DNA of 50,922 nucleotides from Escherichia phage AV106: sequence record OR352937.1. One strand, written 5' to 3'. The notes beneath the pieces were generated by a model. The model was given only the letters and a program-made list of their open reading frames with translations, was not told where the DNA came from and did no database searches. A program made the translations under genes and the position numbers. Positions 9,268 to 19,473 of this stretch are shown piece after piece. The stretch's first letter is position 1. Each line of letters begins with the position of its first letter.

Positions 9268-9296
9268 GCAATCACACTAACGACGAGGACATACAA

Positions 9297-9527
9297 ATGA
9301 AAAAGTTAATCACCATTATTGCCGCCGCATTCATCCTGACTGGTTGTGCTCAGAATCTTAAGAATGGAGACTGCGTTGCTTACGCTTACGGATCTTGCAT
9401 GATGCGATTCGTTGATGGCAATAAGATTCCGTCTGGCGAGATTGACATGCGATTCAAAGGTCTTTCATCAGACGACAACCAGGGCAACTTTAGCGGTAAG
9501 GTGTCAGTTAAAACTAAGGAGTGGTAA
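9297..9527 (+). CDS. Small outer-membrane lipoprotein, Cor/Llp-like superinfection exclusion candidate
   Basis: 76 aa; lipobox LTGC after a hydrophobic signal peptide; own consensus-like sigma70 promoter; sits beside the tail-tip genes as cor does in FhuA-dependent phages. Confidence 0.5.
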   Translation: MKKLITIIAAAFILTGCAQNLKNGDCVAYAYGSCMMRFVDGNKIPSGEIDMRFKGLSSDDNQGNFSGKVSVKTKEW

Positions 9528-9529
9528 TT

Positions 9530-10486
9530 ATGGGGCAAGGAATATACATAAATCTAAATGACGGTCGTCCAGCAATGGAGATAACCTCGGGACTTCGCGC
9601 CCCGTCATGGTGCGGACCAATACAAGCTGACGGGGTTGATTCATCTGGATCTGTTTTTGATTTTGGTCTGCAAATGAGTCCAGGATCTACCGCTTTTTGC
9701 CTTCCATCTCAGGCTATCTACATAGACGACATGGATTATATCCCGGAGGTGTATTATTTAACCAGCTTTCAGAAGGTTAATGATTCAACAGGGAGAATAA
9801 CGGTAGGTAATTTTAACGGGCACGGTGGAAGGAGGATGAGATTTTATGGCAACTGTTACGAGATCCTCCCCGCTCAGGCTGGTAATCAGGGCATACTCGT
9901 TAACGATTCAACTAACTTCGCGGCGATACCGAATAACGCAAGGTTAATGAGCGCTGCATTTGTTGGAGGTATTCAGGTTAACGGTCAAGCTCAGTTGCCA
10001 GTTCAGGGTGTTCCTTTCGGTATGTGGGATAACCCAAACGTAACACTGGAATCTGACGGGAATACAATATGGTGCAGAGACGCAAACTATAACGGTATTG
10101 ATGACGTTGGCGCGAGCGTATACGTTCAACTCGTAATATTTAATAACACCCCACCACCTCCCGGCCCGGGAATCACTATGAGCAATCCTGCTGGTCAGAT
10201 TGTTTTCTCAAGCGTTCGACGTCCTTTTGTTCTCGGCGGGACTATGGCGATAAATGACGGGTGGCAGTGGTGCGGTGGATTTTTCCCAATACTAAGAACA
10301 GGTACGATATGCAGAGTTACAGGTGGATATAATAACATTCGATACAAGGGAGTGTGTATGAGCGGCGGTAACGTGAGAAGCGCCCCCGGAACAAGAGTAG
10401 GTAATTATTCCACCCAAAGCGGAGCGCGATTCCCATTCAATATAAACATTTCAATGCCAATTCCTTTCACTCCGAACATGTATTAA
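9530..10486 (+). CDS. Hypothetical protein (possible fibre or receptor-associated)
   Basis: Start moved to ATG after RBS AAGGAG; Gly/Asn-rich with PPPPGPG linker and several Cys; bidirectional terminator follows. Confidence 0.4.
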   Translation: MGQGIYINLNDGRPAMEITSGLRAPSWCGPIQADGVDSSGSVFDFGLQMSPGSTAFCLPSQAIYIDDMDYIPEVYYLTSFQKVNDSTGRITVGNFNGHGGRRMRFYGNCYEILPAQAGNQGILVNDSTNFAAIPNNARLMSAAFVGGIQVNGQAQLPVQGVPFGMWDNPNVTLESDGNTIWCRDANYNGIDDVGASVYVQLVIFNNTPPPPGPGITMSNPAGQIVFSSVRRPFVLGGTMAINDGWQWCGGFFPILRTGTICRVTGGYNNIRYKGVCMSGGNVRSAPGTRVGNYSTQSGARFPFNINISMPIPFTPNMY

Positions 10487-10513
10487 AAAAAAGGGGCCAA
10501 TCGGCCCCTTTCT
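10487..10513. terminator. Bidirectional terminator between convergent genes
   Basis: AAAAAAAA-GGGGCC-aatc-GGCCCC-TTT. Confidence 0.65.
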
Positions 10514-10514
10514 G

Positions 10515-13500
10515 TTACCAGACACCAACAACCACTCGGCCCCCGTTAGGTAGGTTAACCGTGATCCCGTTATTGTTTATCTGAACCGTGTTATTGGTTC
10601 CGTTAAATGCGAAGTTGCCGTTATTTGCGTATAGACTACCCCTTACAATTGTGTTATGAAACTCTGAAGTACCTGACTTATTAACACCCCACCCCTGAGA
10701 TCCAGGTACGAAGTTATTTGACTGAATCCATTCCCCAATCATGGCGTTAGTAATAAATCCATCCTTGATGATCGCGCTACTTAGAATAACCTGGCCATTT
10801 TCAACAACGAAGGGGTACTGAGTCTGACCATTCATTCCATTCATGATGGCAAATCGTGATGCCTCAAACAAAATCTGCGCCTTAACCGCAGCTCCGGAAC
10901 CAATCAGAGACATAGCCATTCCTGCACTGTATTCTTGGCCGTTATACTTCAGACCGAGCTTGACGCCGTACATTGCACCAGTCGAATCCGCATTGCTCCA
11001 CGAATCAAGTTTTTGAGAAAGTGCCGCCTCATTATTCCCAAGTCTCGCGCTTAACGACAAGTCAGCTTGAGTTCTCGCCTCAGTCTCGTTTGCTATAGCC
11101 TCTCTAATATCAGTCAAACTTGCCTGGATATCATCACCAATCTCTGCCTTGAGTTGGTCAATTTCACGCGATAGCGCTCCAGTCTCAGTCGCTATAACTT
11201 CACGCAATTCGCTATTGCTTGCGCTAATCTGATCGTCAAAACTTGCCTTCAACTGCTCGATCGACGTCACTCGCGCCTGCGTCTCATCAGCAATAAGTTT
11301 CAGTGATTTCGTGTACTCAGCTTTTCGTTTTCCGTTCTCCTTCTTCATGTAGATCGCGTCTTTATCATTGGCGAGCGCGTTTTCTATTGCTGCCTCTGCG
11401 TTAGCTGCGTTCTGCGCCGCGTTGTCTGTTGCGTTATCAACAAGCCACTCGTAACCAGGCGAGTTTTCGATATCGACAGAAATCTCTCCGATGATATCGT
11501 CAACGTTTGTTGATGCCATACCTCTGACAAAATCAGTCCACTGAGACACGTTACCGATCCTGTCAACCGTCCTTACCCGATACCACACAATATTCCCTCC
11601 AGGCATCGGTGAGTGATAATACTCATGCTGCGGGTACGGAATCAAAGAAAGCAAACTTGCGTTATCCACTGTTCCATCCGGTGACTGTTGCAACTCTGTA
11701 TAGGCCGTATCTCCAGAACCATCAGAGAACCCCCATTTTGTACGGATGCCAAAAACAACATCATCCGTAGCTGTAAGGTTAATAGGTCGTCCCGGCTCAC
11801 CTTGTTTACCCGTCAGCGTCGCAGCTACGATATTTGACCATCCTGAAGTCGTACCTGAGCCAGCTACAGATCGAACGCGAACCTGATAGTTTCCAGCGTA
11901 AATCCCTTCAACGTAAACCTCTTTGTTTGCCGTCTGCGGAACGTTCTGCCAGTTGCCGTTATCCTTTCGCCACTGGACGTCATAGAAAACTGCGTACGGC
12001 ACTTTATCCCAGCTAACAATCATCGTTTCTACGCTCATACCCTGGACGATTCTCGACTCTGAGGACACCTGCACGTTTTCCGGTTTAGGGATCTGATCTG
12101 GCTCAACGATGCTCGTCGGTCGGTCGTCGATGTTAACTCCGTAATCAATCTCATCGTACTTGTTAGGATCGTACTCAACCGCCGTAATCTTGTAGGTAAA
12201 CTCTTCATCATCATCACCCTTGTCGATTTTGGTCACGACGTACTGCTGCAACGCAATGTCGGTACGGTCGATTGCGAATACCGTGTTAGGCTTCACAGGA
12301 AAGCCAAAGCCGATGTTAACCTCTATAGTCTTACCATCCGCACTAACACTTGAGATTGTGCGCTTCACGGGCTTACCATCGGGCTTATTTACGATAATAA
12401 AGTCACCTGCGCGAGCATCAACGCGGAACGGCAGGAAAATCTGACTACCGGATACTTCGAGCAAACGCCCTGACAGGTTCATCGTCAAGTTACTTGACCA
12501 GAAGTTATCAGCTATTGCTACAACATCTCCGATTGTCGGGATCATGCCCTCAAGTCCGGTAGCGAAGTTTACCGTAGTGCTGCGGAGGTTAGTTTTCAGA
12601 ATCCACCTCCCGCGTCGGTTGGCCTCGCTTCGACGTGTGCAACCGATCGCTGTAATACTCGTTACGTTGTTCCCAAAACGTAGAGTAGCCTCACGATCGA
12701 ATACTGGCTCAACGTCCTGCTGATACATGTTTTGTTCATCATCAAACATCACATTACACGTCGTGTACATGCTCTTTTCGCTTGCGAACGTGTAGGAGAA
12801 GTCACCATTAACCACGTTGTCGTTAGTGAAGATGTACGCAGGCTCACGCGGCCTGTCGATGATTACCGAAATGCTTTCGCCATTCCAAAAGCTCATACCT
12901 CGAAAGATTGAGCAAATATCTCGAATAACCTTGTAAGCGTCAGTCTGAGACTGGATTATCACATCGCAAAGGTAGCGAGGTTCCGTCCCGCCCTTCCCAT
13001 CAGGAACCATCTGATCGCAATATTGCGCAGCCTCGTAGAGCGCCCATTTATCGACAGCGATACCAAGCTCTTTCTGATCCAGGCCGTAACGCTGATTAAT
13101 CATCAGGTCATAAAGAACCCACGCCGGATTATTCGTCCATGCTTTTTTGAAAGTGCCATCCCAATTGCCGTTGTATGTTCGAGATTCTGGATCGTAGTTC
13201 GACGGAACGTTTACAATCTTCCAGCGCTTACGAATTGAAATCGTAGGTAACTGGTTGGGGAACATCTTCGAATCGAACTCTACGAAAAGAAGACCAGTCA
13301 GAGGATAACGGAATTTGGCATCAATCACCTCGGCATAGCTTTTCACCTGAATTGCATCAACGACATTCGAATCACTGGAGTCGGGAGTCTTTCGAACAAC
13401 TCTTAATATTACCTGATTGTTGAAGTTAGGAAGGTTTACGCGACGGCTTCGATCATAACCTGACATTGTTTTGCCTTCGATTACGTCAGTAAGAACAGTC

Positions 13501-13967
13501 TCAAACGAACCGCCATCAACCGCTTGCTGCACCTCGTACTCAACTCGAACGCCGTTTTTATCGCCGTTACTTTCAATTCGTACGCCGCGAGGCATGAACA
13601 TTTTGATGCGTATTGCCGATAGTGTTTTATTGGTTACTGAGATCGTGTATGGGTTATCGGTAGTAACCTCACGATTTACAGTTACCTCACTGGAGCTATC
13701 TTCCATGCCCTTGATGTATTCCTGCGTCTGAGTTCCCGGCCTGAACTCAGCCTTTACCCCTTCGAAGTTGAACGATCCATCCTCGTTTTGCACCGGAACT
13801 GAGTTAAACATCAACTGCTTTAGGCTGAATGTTTCGTCAATTTCACCATCAGATACAGCTAACAGGATTTTGATTTTGTTGATTGAGATTAGATTGTCTT
13901 CCATCTCAACTGGGTTATGAGGCTTCTGTGACCCACCCTTAGATCCACTTATCACTTTTTGAATCAT
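10515..13967 (-). CDS. Tail tip / host-specificity protein (lambda J-like)
   Basis: 1150 aa; last gene of the tail module after I/K/L/M-like genes; fibronectin-III-like central region; size and position match lambda gpJ. Confidence 0.8.
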   Translation of the reverse strand: MIQKVISGSKGGSQKPHNPVEMEDNLISINKIKILLAVSDGEIDETFSLKQLMFNSVPVQNEDGSFNFEGVKAEFRPGTQTQEYIKGMEDSSSEVTVNREVTTDNPYTISVTNKTLSAIRIKMFMPRGVRIESNGDKNGVRVEYEVQQAVDGGSFETVLTDVIEGKTMSGYDRSRRVNLPNFNNQVILRVVRKTPDSSDSNVVDAIQVKSYAEVIDAKFRYPLTGLLFVEFDSKMFPNQLPTISIRKRWKIVNVPSNYDPESRTYNGNWDGTFKKAWTNNPAWVLYDLMINQRYGLDQKELGIAVDKWALYEAAQYCDQMVPDGKGGTEPRYLCDVIIQSQTDAYKVIRDICSIFRGMSFWNGESISVIIDRPREPAYIFTNDNVVNGDFSYTFASEKSMYTTCNVMFDDEQNMYQQDVEPVFDREATLRFGNNVTSITAIGCTRRSEANRRGRWILKTNLRSTTVNFATGLEGMIPTIGDVVAIADNFWSSNLTMNLSGRLLEVSGSQIFLPFRVDARAGDFIIVNKPDGKPVKRTISSVSADGKTIEVNIGFGFPVKPNTVFAIDRTDIALQQYVVTKIDKGDDDEEFTYKITAVEYDPNKYDEIDYGVNIDDRPTSIVEPDQIPKPENVQVSSESRIVQGMSVETMIVSWDKVPYAVFYDVQWRKDNGNWQNVPQTANKEVYVEGIYAGNYQVRVRSVAGSGTTSGWSNIVAATLTGKQGEPGRPINLTATDDVVFGIRTKWGFSDGSGDTAYTELQQSPDGTVDNASLLSLIPYPQHEYYHSPMPGGNIVWYRVRTVDRIGNVSQWTDFVRGMASTNVDDIIGEISVDIENSPGYEWLVDNATDNAAQNAANAEAAIENALANDKDAIYMKKENGKRKAEYTKSLKLIADETQARVTSIEQLKASFDDQISASNSELREVIATETGALSREIDQLKAEIGDDIQASLTDIREAIANETEARTQADLSLSARLGNNEAALSQKLDSWSNADSTGAMYGVKLGLKYNGQEYSAGMAMSLIGSGAAVKAQILFEASRFAIMNGMNGQTQYPFVVENGQVILSSAIIKDGFITNAMIGEWIQSNNFVPGSQGWGVNKSGTSEFHNTIVRGSLYANNGNFAFNGTNNTVQINNNGITVNLPNGGRVVVGVW

Positions 13968-14014
13968 GATGTTTACCTTTTTGTGCTATTTATCGGTGGA
14001 CTCATTATACAGGC

Positions 14015-14047
14015 GAAAAAAAACCCGCGCAAGGCGGGTTAATTTTA
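14015..14047 (-). terminator. Intrinsic terminator between the I-like and J-like genes
   Basis: Minus strand ACCCGCC-ttgc-GCGGGT followed by TTTTTTTT; same stem as the 16164 terminator. Confidence 0.6.
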
Positions 14048-14614
14048 ACTCATATCCTCGGCATAAGAACCTGCTGAGAAAGTTGCTCCACCTCCGGCGC
14101 GATATCCATACGGGATCGGGAGAGGGTATCCCGCCGCCGTCGTATTGACAGCACCGCCGAACGCGTACGAAGGTTTATTCTTGCTTGATTGAACTTCAAA
14201 GTTTGCGCCACCAGGCTGAGGTGAAATCATCTGCATCACACCGCCCAGCACCATAGCGCCGCCCATTAAAGCTAGAGACGCGCCGCCAGTATAGAATGCT
14301 GCAACCATTATTGCCGCGCCCAATACAACCTGGAATAGACCTCCTGTCTTAGAGCCAGTAGGGATCGGTACGATTCTTATCTCTTTCGCGCACTTGAATT
14401 TTTCCTCTTCATGGTGGCCCACGTTAACGCCATCCACAAATATTGCAAACTTGCTACGAGATCCTACCTCGCTTTGCATGTACTCCTTAAATCCATCTAC
14501 CTGACTGGATAGCGCCCGGATGGCTTCCGGGTAAGAATCAACAGCGTAACGGTGAAAGACGCCGAAGCGTCTCCCAAGTGAACCTGATAATTTGATTACT
14601 TTTACATCATTCAT
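14045..14614 (-). CDS. Tail assembly protein (lambda I-like)
   Basis: 189 aa; directly downstream of the K-like gene with ATGA overlap; Gly-rich hydrophobic C-terminus. Confidence 0.5.
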   Translation of the reverse strand: MNDVKVIKLSGSLGRRFGVFHRYAVDSYPEAIRALSSQVDGFKEYMQSEVGSRSKFAIFVDGVNVGHHEEEKFKCAKEIRIVPIPTGSKTGGLFQVVLGAAIMVAAFYTGGASLALMGGAMVLGGVMQMISPQPGGANFEVQSSKNKPSYAFGGAVNTTAAGYPLPIPYGYRAGGGATFSAGSYAEDMS

Positions 14615-15345
14615 AATTTAAGATCCTTATGGCGAACGATTAAAACGGTATGATCCTGATACCATCCAGAATAAATATCCCTGCGAGATAGCTTGCCGAA
14701 GGCATGATGCAAGATCTGATTATCTCCCAGGTAAATCCCTGCGTGGTTCCATACCGGAACGTTTTGCCCTATCTGCATGATTACCATATCACCGAATGAA
14801 GGATTATTCTGATCTGGAATCTCAACGAAGCCGTCCTGCTTGTAATAATCCTGATAGAGATTAATTCCGTACTCAGGTTTCCACCATTCAAAATTCAATC
14901 GGCGATCGCGCAATTCTACTCCGTGCTCTTTGTGCCACGCCATAACAAGACCGTAACAGTCGAATGATCCTAATGACCACGGACGACCAATCAGAGGTAA
15001 TTTCTCTGGCTTCACAAATCGCATATCCCCTTCCGGCACGCTAACAATAATCCAGGTAACTTCCATCTCGTTGCACATGCACGTATCGTGAGCGCTTGGT
15101 AGAGTTGTAGCCCCCTCTCCTGTGTGGCTGTGAACAATTGCTATTGTTGTTGATTCCGCATGGTCCTCAATGCAAGCGTATTGTACGGAATCCATCATGA
15201 AATGATTCTCGGGATCACGATGCACATTATCAATGCGATGGTATTTTTGCACGCGGCCCTTTTGGGTTACTACCCCGCAGCATTCGCGGGGGTATTCTTC
15301 CTGAGCGTGAGTCATAATTTCAAGTTTAATTTTTGCACTAATCAT
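14611..15345 (-). CDS. Tail assembly protein (lambda K-like, MPN/JAMM plus NlpC/P60)
   Basis: Start moved to ATG behind RBS AGAGGA; JAMM-like HSHTGEGATTLPSAHD motif; C-terminal Cys/His peptidase-like region. Confidence 0.7.
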   Translation of the reverse strand: MISAKIKLEIMTHAQEEYPRECCGVVTQKGRVQKYHRIDNVHRDPENHFMMDSVQYACIEDHAESTTIAIVHSHTGEGATTLPSAHDTCMCNEMEVTWIIVSVPEGDMRFVKPEKLPLIGRPWSLGSFDCYGLVMAWHKEHGVELRDRRLNFEWWKPEYGINLYQDYYKQDGFVEIPDQNNPSFGDMVIMQIGQNVPVWNHAGIYLGDNQILHHAFGKLSRRDIYSGWYQDHTVLIVRHKDLKL

Positions 15346-16124
15346 TGATTTTTCCTCTGTAGTGAAGCGACAGCGCAACCGCCAAAATCCAATTCATTGT
15401 TTGCGCCGAATCTCAGGCGGCAGGCCGTTACAGTTCCCGGGCAAAAATCCAGCGACGGATCGTCTACAGGATTATTGTCTTTATCGAAGTAACCATTTTG
15501 CCCGTTGTATCCGCAGCCTTTCCCTGTTTTATACCACCCCCTTTGCGCCCAATAGCATACGCTTTGCGTGAGTCGAGATGGGATCATGATTCCATCCATA
15601 TCATACGGAGACGTAAGATCGAACCGGGCAACACTCTTATCGACATAGCTCGGGCGTTCGATATAGTATACCAGTTTGCGGTAAGCTCCGTCAGCGATTG
15701 AGCCGTTAGGTTGAATCAAGTCCTTTTGAGTGATCCAGATAGTCACCTTAGCTTGCATTAGTCCGTTATATGCACGAATCATCGCAGATACGCGACTATC
15801 GATGTTTGCCACCGTTAATTGTGGCTTTGTGGCCTTGCCGGAACTATCAAATGAGATCCCGGATATGCCGAACGGGCGCGCTCCATATTGCTCCCCACGG
15901 AATGTAATTTCTTTCGGCGGCAGCGTTCCAGTTTGCTGGGCCTGCATGATTTCCTCTGGAGTGTACTGGATGTTCTCTCCGTGGAATCGATACACCTGAG
16001 CGCCGAACTTGCTACCATCAACTTCAATAAGGGTGATTATCTCTCCAGGGTATAGTGATTGAAGGCAGTTGTGAAACAGGCTCTTCCCGCTTTCTTCATC
16101 ATAAAGTTTTTTGTTTTCGCTCAT
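15342..16124 (-). CDS. Minor tail protein (lambda L-like)
   Basis: Start moved to ATG behind RBS AAGAGGAAAAG; C-terminal Cys cluster; position between M-like and K-like genes. Confidence 0.55.
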   Translation of the reverse strand: MSENKKLYDEESGKSLFHNCLQSLYPGEIITLIEVDGSKFGAQVYRFHGENIQYTPEEIMQAQQTGTLPPKEITFRGEQYGARPFGISGISFDSSGKATKPQLTVANIDSRVSAMIRAYNGLMQAKVTIWITQKDLIQPNGSIADGAYRKLVYYIERPSYVDKSVARFDLTSPYDMDGIMIPSRLTQSVCYWAQRGWYKTGKGCGYNGQNGYFDKDNNPVDDPSLDFCPGTVTACRLRFGANNELDFGGCAVASLQRKNQ

Positions 16125-16163
16125 TGTCTTTTCCTCTTGTTTAGTTGCAACCATTCTACAGCT

Positions 16164-16195
16164 ACAAAAAAACCCGCGCAAGGCGGGCTTTTGTC
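16164..16195 (-). terminator. Intrinsic terminator between the M-like and L-like genes
   Basis: Minus strand CCCGCC-ttgc-GCGGG followed by TTTTTTT. Confidence 0.6.
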
Positions 16196-16203
16196 ATGAA
16201 GTG

Positions 16204-16557
16204 CTATTCCATAGATGTAAACTGCTCCATAAACGTTACATTAATTTCCATCACGTCGCGTGATACTGGTTTCGCTCCCAAACTATTTGGCTTAACTACC
16301 CATATCCCGACCTTCCCGTCTGGAGGCGTCCATGCGAACGGCTTGATGCGGTGAGAATCGCAGAAGTCGTAAACAGCCATGAAATCTTCCCCAGCATAGA
16401 CAACTGAATACTCGCGCCGAGTGGTGTTAAATCCAGAAGATGCAAGCTGCATGTATCCGTTACCAAACTGTATGGATCTGTCATTGTTGGTAGTGGTAAG
16501 GGAGCCGCCGCCCCCTTGAACCTGCGTACACCAACTGAAAGTATCAAGTGCCGCCAT
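16204..16557 (-). CDS. Minor tail protein (lambda M-like)
   Basis: 117 aa; immediately downstream of the tape measure gene. Confidence 0.5.
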   Translation of the reverse strand: MAALDTFSWCTQVQGGGGSLTTTNNDRSIQFGNGYMQLASSGFNTTRREYSVVYAGEDFMAVYDFCDSHRIKPFAWTPPDGKVGIWVVKPNSLGAKPVSRDVMEINVTFMEQFTSME

Positions 16558-16559
16558 TA

Positions 16560-19433
16560 TTATCCTCCTGTTTTTTCCTGAATGTAATTGTAAACCTCAC
16601 CGCCCTGTGAACAAGACTCTCGAATCATTTTTTTGAACATCATTTCTACGCCCTGAGAAATCCCTCTCGGATCTGAACCGTTGTCAACTTTAACCTCCAT
16701 ACCCCTAACATCAACGACCGTCCCGCCTGCTGACTGGTTCACTGCCTTCGGTGCGGATTTAGATGCGTTGAATCCAGAGGTTGCAACACTACCCGCAGCG
16801 GCAGCAAGCGAGGTAACAGCAACGCCTGAAGATAAAGACCTAAAACCAGAGACGGCAGGCGTAGGAGTTGCCTGTGATGCCGCAGAGTCGCTAGAGGTCA
16901 ATCCACTTGCAAAACTCCATGTCTTACCTCCCGTCATGCCTGAGATCGTATTGAAGATTACCATCTGAGCAATCATCTTGATAATCATGCTAATGATGTT
17001 TTTCGCAAAGTCCTCAAAATTTGCCTTACCTGTAGTCAGGAATTGGGTTATCATATCACTCATTCCGTTAAGTGAACTTGACGCGATATCATATACGTTA
17101 CCATACATATCCATTGCAGAATCGCCGTAATCTGCAAATGCGCTTTCAGCACCTGCCAACCAGTCAGCACGCTTGGCATCTTCCGCAGTATAGTAATCAT
17201 TTTGTGCCTTGATCATGTTCTGGAGTTTTTCATCTCCTTCGCTGCCACCTGCATTAATATAGTCAGTGGTGATCTTAGCCAGCTCCGCTTGTCGCTCCAT
17301 TTCTCTGGTGCTCATCCCGCGAGATGCGTTTAGCTGCTCTGTAGCTGCCGTCAAATCATTGACAAATTTCAGTGATTTATCGGTAAGGGCGTTCAACTGC
17401 TGCTGCTTAACAATCTGATCGCCAATCTCAGCCTTTTGTTTCGCAAGCTCTAAAACCTTCTCTTGGTTTGCAAGTAGTGCTTTTTCTTCCGCAGATAACT
17501 GACGCTTAGAACTAGCTTCTCGAAGAACAGCAATTGTAGCCTCAGTCGTAAACAGCGCCTTTCTCTGTGCTGATAGTTTTTGCCCGATCTCCTTGTGCTC
17601 CTGCAAAACCTTAAGCTGCGCTTTGAGTGAAATTAACTCCTTATCGAATTGCTCTGTAGGTGAGCGTAAAATTTTCGACTGCTTATTTCGTTCGCGGTTT
17701 CGCTTTTCGATCTCTTTAGCTTCTTCCTTGATAGCGTCCTTAGTTTCCTGGCTATACTGCTTTTCAAGAGTACGGCGCTGCTTCATTGCTTCAATGTATC
17801 CCATCTCACCTTTTTCAACACGGGCGTTGATGGCATCAAGCTCTGAAGCTAACTGATCGTAGTTGTCACGAGAACTTTTTACAATATTCTCCTGTTCCTT
17901 TAGTACATCAGCGCCGAAATCACTCATTCCAGGCAGAGACTGCGTAGCCTTAATTGCAGAGGCTATAAAGTTTGAGATGTACTCATCACCCTTCGCCAGA
18001 ATCATTTTTACCTGAATTACCGTACCCTGAACTACGTCAATAATCAGGTTTAATGCTCCTAGAGTATGATCCCCAACCCACCCCCACGCATCAGAGGCCC
18101 ACTGCTTAATATCGTTCCACATTTTTTCAAGAGGCGTGGCATTATCTGCGATCGACTTCATTCGCTTCTCCATAACTTCGGCGAATAATTTCGTTGCTTC
18201 AGACACTGCCTCAGTTTCACCCTTAGTACGGCTTAGCGTATCGATATATGTCAGTTGCCCTTTTTCTAAAAAGTTGTATTGCTCGTTAAGTTTAGCCAGA
18301 CCCTTTACAGGATCGCTTGCGATTTTATCGAACTCAGCGATGATTTTACTTGCTGATTTTCCGGTTGCTGTCGACCACTCAGCGGTAGCCTTTGTGATGT
18401 TCTGGATCTGCTCGCGGGTGTACTTACCAGAACTCGCCAACTCCGTTACAATCTCGCGAATACTCCCAATGGTTGAGTTGCTTGTCTGCGCGATCTTTTT
18501 AGACACTGAATCAAGATCTTCAGCCGTAACACCTGCATAACCGCCAGTCTCAATAAGTGCATTCTGCATATCAGTTATTGACTTGTAAGAGTCATAACCG
18601 GCTTTCGCAAGAAGACCTAAAGAGCCGACAAGAACACCAACACCAACTGTGACCGGATTAATATAGCTGAGCAATACCTTAAATGTATTCCCGATCCCGC
18701 CGAACGAGTCCTTGATTTGACCGCCTTGCTGGATGGCAACCATCCAAACTGGCATACCGGACGCAAGAGATGTAACGACGTCGGTAATCTGCGCGGGAAG
18801 CATTCGCATTGCCTGCCTATATTGCCCCGCGCTAATACCTGCGGCATTCATGGCTCGACCCTGCTCTTTCAGTTTTGCGATCAGTGGCGCTGCTTCATTT
18901 GATAGTCCAAGCTGAGCCGCTTTCAGTTCCATTAACTCTGCGTGAGTTTTGCCAATAGCGTTAACCTGACTGTTCAGGGAATCCATGAACGCTTTGTTTT
19001 TCGCTGCTGCCTGCTCTTTTGCTTTCGCTTCCTGCAATGCTGCCTGCCCCTCTTCAGTAAGCATGGCTCGGCTGCGAGCAAGTTTTGCATTTTGCATGTC
19101 CAGCATTTCACCCAAACGGAAAAATGTTTCATCTGGAACAACGCCCTTTTGCCAGAGTTTATCAAGCTGCTGAGATGCAATCTTCAGCCTTTCCATTTTT
19201 GATACTGTAGGATCGATTGCCTTTTCTACAGCCTCGTACTCTTTGCGCTGGCGCTTAAGTTGCTCTGCGTGTTCTTTAGCCTTCTGCTTTGCAACCTCGG
19301 CCTCATTGATTAAAGACCCCATAGAGTCAGCGGCTTGGTCGTTAGCTTTTGAAAACTCTTTCAATGACTTGACGGCGCGCTGCACTGTCGACACATCAAC
19401 GTCAAGCGATAGACCTGCTACCTTATCAACCAT
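16560..19433 (-). CDS. Tail tape measure protein
   Basis: 957 aa; long Ala/Gln/Lys-rich coiled-coil regions; Gly-rich hydrophobic segment; located after the G/GT chaperone pair. Confidence 0.85.
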   Translation of the reverse strand: MVDKVAGLSLDVDVSTVQRAVKSLKEFSKANDQAADSMGSLINEAEVAKQKAKEHAEQLKRQRKEYEAVEKAIDPTVSKMERLKIASQQLDKLWQKGVVPDETFFRLGEMLDMQNAKLARSRAMLTEEGQAALQEAKAKEQAAAKNKAFMDSLNSQVNAIGKTHAELMELKAAQLGLSNEAAPLIAKLKEQGRAMNAAGISAGQYRQAMRMLPAQITDVVTSLASGMPVWMVAIQQGGQIKDSFGGIGNTFKVLLSYINPVTVGVGVLVGSLGLLAKAGYDSYKSITDMQNALIETGGYAGVTAEDLDSVSKKIAQTSNSTIGSIREIVTELASSGKYTREQIQNITKATAEWSTATGKSASKIIAEFDKIASDPVKGLAKLNEQYNFLEKGQLTYIDTLSRTKGETEAVSEATKLFAEVMEKRMKSIADNATPLEKMWNDIKQWASDAWGWVGDHTLGALNLIIDVVQGTVIQVKMILAKGDEYISNFIASAIKATQSLPGMSDFGADVLKEQENIVKSSRDNYDQLASELDAINARVEKGEMGYIEAMKQRRTLEKQYSQETKDAIKEEAKEIEKRNRERNKQSKILRSPTEQFDKELISLKAQLKVLQEHKEIGQKLSAQRKALFTTEATIAVLREASSKRQLSAEEKALLANQEKVLELAKQKAEIGDQIVKQQQLNALTDKSLKFVNDLTAATEQLNASRGMSTREMERQAELAKITTDYINAGGSEGDEKLQNMIKAQNDYYTAEDAKRADWLAGAESAFADYGDSAMDMYGNVYDIASSSLNGMSDMITQFLTTGKANFEDFAKNIISMIIKMIAQMVIFNTISGMTGGKTWSFASGLTSSDSAASQATPTPAVSGFRSLSSGVAVTSLAAAAGSVATSGFNASKSAPKAVNQSAGGTVVDVRGMEVKVDNGSDPRGISQGVEMMFKKMIRESCSQGGEVYNYIQEKTGG

Positions 19434-19448
19434 ATAACCCCCTTATAT

Positions 19449-19473
19449 ACAAAAAAACCGCCAGACGGCGGCT
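19449..19473 (-). terminator. Terminator/attenuator directly upstream of the tape measure RBS
   Basis: Minus strand CCGCC-gtct-GGCGG followed by TTTTTT, then AAGGGGG RBS and ATG. Confidence 0.55.

Noticed and set aside
11384-13731. Short ORFs on both strands inside the J-like gene
   Set aside because: Embedded in or antisense to the 1150-aa tail tip gene without RBS support.
16681-19437. Multiple ORFs on the plus strand inside the tape measure gene (16681..16968, 17593..17856, 18136..18540, 18942..19202 and others)
   Set aside because: All lie antisense to a long, well-supported structural gene; typical shadow frames.
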